Source: an uncultured Pseudomonadota bacterium
Lineage (GTDB): Bacteria > Oederibacteriota > Muellerivitia > Muellerivitales > Muellerivitaceae
Length of the DNA: 64,000 nt
NCBI GenBank assembly: GCA_963836235.1
Contig: CAWIIP010000002.1
Span: 384,001 to 448,000 of the forward strand
Direction: 5' to 3'
In this document: positions 61,527-64,000 of the stretch, piece by piece
Layout of the letters: each line of letters begins with the position of its first letter
Numbering within the stretch: the stretch's first letter is position 1
The notes under the pieces: model-generated
Databases searched by the model: none
Seen by the model: only the letters and a program-made list of their open reading frames with translations
Told to the model about the DNA's origin: nothing
Translations under genes and position numbers: made by a program

Positions 61527-61556
61527 AAAAAAGCACCTTGTTTAAAAACAAGGTGC
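61527..61556 (-). terminator. Intrinsic terminator after hup
   Basis: GCACCTTGTTT-NN-AAACAAGGTGC stem followed by U6 on the minus strand. Confidence 0.8.
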
Positions 61557-61583
61557 CCTTTTAGTCGTCTAAATAAACGAATT

Positions 61584-61859
61584 TTAAGACAAAACAGCTT
61601 CTTTCAAATCTTTTAAAACACGAAATTTAACGACTTTTTTAGCTGGAACATTTACCATTTCACCAGTCCGAGGATTCCGAGCCAACCGAGCTTTCCGGTC
61701 TTTCAACTGGAATACTCCCAAGCCATCCAGCTTGATTTTGAACTCTTTCTTCAAGGTTTTATAAATAGTACCCCTTAAAGCTTGAAGAACATTGTCCACG
61801 TCCTTCTTTTTTAATCCCGTTTGCTCCGCTAACGTCCCCAGCAGTTCGCTCTTGGTCAA
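61584..61859 (-). CDS. hup: HU family DNA-binding protein
   Basis: MTKSELL..LAEQTGL.KKD...GLGVF..KDRKARLARNPRTGE.V.VPAKKVVKFR; GGAGG RBS before TTG. Confidence 0.92.
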   Translation of the reverse strand: MTKSELLGTLAEQTGLKKKDVDNVLQALRGTIYKTLKKEFKIKLDGLGVFQLKDRKARLARNPRTGEMVNVPAKKVVKFRVLKDLKEAVLS

Positions 61860-62030
61860 CGTCCACCTCCTGGATTTTGAAATCCGGCCTATTTATACAA
61901 GAGTAAAAGACACTTGGCAAGGATTTTCTGCCTTTTTCAAGGGTTTTTGGCACTTTTCTTTCTTACAACCCCTAATAAAACAAGGTAATTACTTGGCCCT
62001 AAAACAGAAAATATAAAGGATTTCAAAAGT

Positions 62031-62615
62031 TTAAGCCGACAAATGTCGATGTAAGGTTCGTGGGCTAACACTCATGAGGCTAGCTAGCTGGGTTCTCTTC
62101 AATTTTTGCTGGCTAAGTATTTGCCGAAGAAATGTCTTTGAGAATTCTCGCCGAGCTTGAAAAAGTGAGGTTTTTTGGACCATGGCTTTCTCAGTAAGAG
62201 TCGCCGCTAAATGTGAAATAAACGAATGGGGATAATGGAAATTTAAAGGTTGGGATAAACATTCCTCAATCTTTGCCTTAAGAAGTCTTTTCTCCTGAGC
62301 GGCCCACAAAATATCACAATTCCCTGCTTTTATGGCAGAAATAACATTTGGAAGGTCGGGAACCGTAAACAAGGCAATTTTTTTGGCGTTTGTTTGGAAA
62401 TTTTCAACAAGGGAAAGAAGCGGGGAAAAATAAACTCGATTTAGATGCCAATCCAATAACAGTAGTTCAAATGATTGTTTTTCCAATAAATCGAGGGCCG
62501 ATTGAATATCACCAATAGCAAAGACCTCTCCAAAAGTTTCACAAACATCCTGAAGAATATCTCGAAAGTAAGCATCGTCTTCAAGTATAAGAATTTTTAC
62601 ACCATTTTTTAACAT
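62031..62615 (-). CDS. Response regulator (REC + Fis-like HTH, no AAA+ domain)
   Basis: KILILEDD...LLLLDWHL; C-terminal LFQARREFSK.FL...RTQLASLMSVSPRTLHR. Confidence 0.8.
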   Translation of the reverse strand: MLKNGVKILILEDDAYFRDILQDVCETFGEVFAIGDIQSALDLLEKQSFELLLLDWHLNRVYFSPLLSLVENFQTNAKKIALFTVPDLPNVISAIKAGNCDILWAAQEKRLLKAKIEECLSQPLNFHYPHSFISHLAATLTEKAMVQKTSLFQARREFSKTFLRQILSQQKLKRTQLASLMSVSPRTLHRHLSA

Positions 62616-62665
62616 AAGAATTCAAATCCTTTTTTCCTACATAGTATAATTTATCAAAAAGCCAG

Positions 62666-63823
62666 CTAAATTGGCAGGTTTTTGATCTTCGCGGAAATAG
62701 AATTTAATGGAAAAAAGATAGAAAAAATCGTTCCTTTCCCGGGATGGCTTTTTACTTTTATGTAACCTTCGTGATTTTCAACAATTTTTCGACAAATAGC
62801 CAACCCCAATCCGGTTCCTAATGAATTTTCTGAAAAGAAAGGCAAAAAAATCTTATCTAGATTTTCTTCCCGAATACCTTTTCCATTATCCTTAACCTGG
62901 ATTTCTGCCCAATTTGACCCATTAGGAGTCTTGGTCAAGAAGTGTATTGATATTTCAACTACTCCCTCTGCCTGAATAGCTTTCAACGCATTTTGCAGCA
63001 AATTGATAAATAATGATTTTATTTGGATCTCGTTTCCTTTTATACAAAAGTTTTTAAGTGCGCTAATTTTCAATCGGATTTTTTTGGATTGAAAAAGAGG
63101 GCCCATCAATTGGATAACTTGTTGGATAATTTTTTTAAAATTAATCATAGTTTTCTTTTCAGGACCCGCATTCGAGAGATCCAACAAATCATTAGTCAAA
63201 TCAGAAAGACGGCCTATTTCCCTTTGCATTAATTTTTGAAAGGAATACATAAAAATATCGTCCATTCGTTTATAAGGGAGTAATTGGATAAGTGTATCTA
63301 AAGCCGTAAGAGGATTTCGTATTTCGTGAATCATCGCGGGGGACATCCACCCGAAGACATCTTGACGATTTCTTGATTGAAGTTTTTCCCAAAGATATTT
63401 TTTTTCCAAAAAATCAGCAGTCCGATCTACCAACAATTTCATAAATATTTTTTTCTCGCCCGTTATTGAAAACTGTTTTGATTTACTGACGAGCGCATAA
63501 CAGGCCACACAGTCTTCTTCGACTAAAATCGGAAAATAAACAGATTGAATTTTTGGTTTACTTCCACTCCAAACAGTCAATATTTTATTTTTTTTAATGA
63601 GATGATTAAAATGAGGATTTTTTTCAGACATCGCAATTCTTTGCGAAGGCGAATAAGATCTAAAACCATCTTTTTCCCGAAATAAAAGAACTACCCGGGT
63701 TAAACCCATTTGCTTTTCGATCAGTTTTGAAAATCGAGAAAACTGAACTCCGAGCTCATTTTTAACTAAAAATTGTTTGTGTAATTCCCTAAGAAGAAGA
63801 ATCCAATTCAAGGGTGTACCCAT
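62666..63823 (-). CDS. Sensor histidine kinase (NtrB-like HisKA + HATPase)
   Basis: IHEIRNPLT, FINLLQNA, VKDNGKGI, IFLPFFS, GTGLGLAIC. Confidence 0.92.
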   Translation of the reverse strand: MGTPLNWILLLRELHKQFLVKNELGVQFSRFSKLIEKQMGLTRVVLLFREKDGFRSYSPSQRIAMSEKNPHFNHLIKKNKILTVWSGSKPKIQSVYFPILVEEDCVACYALVSKSKQFSITGEKKIFMKLLVDRTADFLEKKYLWEKLQSRNRQDVFGWMSPAMIHEIRNPLTALDTLIQLLPYKRMDDIFMYSFQKLMQREIGRLSDLTNDLLDLSNAGPEKKTMINFKKIIQQVIQLMGPLFQSKKIRLKISALKNFCIKGNEIQIKSLFINLLQNALKAIQAEGVVEISIHFLTKTPNGSNWAEIQVKDNGKGIREENLDKIFLPFFSENSLGTGLGLAICRKIVENHEGYIKVKSHPGKGTIFSIFFPLNSISAKIKNLPI

Positions 63824-63853
63824 AGGCCTTCAAATCCGAAATTGAAATTGGAT

Positions 63854-64000
63854 TTATAAATTCCGAAAACCAATCCCATGTTCTCGGCGTTTTTTAACAA
63901 TTCTTTTGTAATCATCCTCAAGTTTCAGTTCTTTTAATTTCCAAATAAGAGTATTGCGATGAAGTCCTAAGGTAGCCGCGGTCAGAGTTTGATTGCCGCG
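63854..64000 (-). CDS. C-terminal Fis-type HTH of a regulator (partial, starts beyond the window)
   Basis: RGNQTLTAATLGLHRNTLIWKLKEL...*. Confidence 0.8.
   Translation of the reverse strand, partial: RGNQTLTAATLGLHRNTLIWKLKELKLEDDYKRIVKKRREHGIGFRNL

Overview
A 64 kb bacterial chromosomal segment. Housekeeping genes include an ABC-F ATPase (partial), an RpoD-type sigma factor, clpB, def, sixA, orn, speE plus an Arg/Lys/Orn decarboxylase, dnaE, guaB-guaA, ridA, rel/spoT, hup and a two-component set. Five polytopic GT-C-like or O-antigen-ligase-like membrane proteins are scattered through the window. A ~18 kb accessory block lies between dnaE and guaA (29.2-47.1 kb). It holds a decayed DUF433/PIN toxin-antitoxin pair, secreted GH18, GH16 and SBBP proteins with Thr/Pro-alternating linkers and a shared T9SS-like C-terminal domain, lipoproteins, RibD_C proteins and an MFS transporter. 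It ends at a duplicated guaA 3' end (att-like scar). No rRNA, tRNA, CRISPR array, integrase or intact transposase was seen. The strongest unexplained signals are: (1) a promoter-pseudoknot-terminator leader in front of the polyamine operon (candidate riboswitch or leader-peptide attenuator); (2) a possible lineage-specific secretion/sorting plus O-glycosylation system for Thr-rich stalked enzymes; (3) two kinds of short intergenic palindromic repeats; (4) a structured guaB leader; (5) a C9 tract that frameshifts a ligase-TPR gene. All calls come from reading motifs by eye; no database searches were run.
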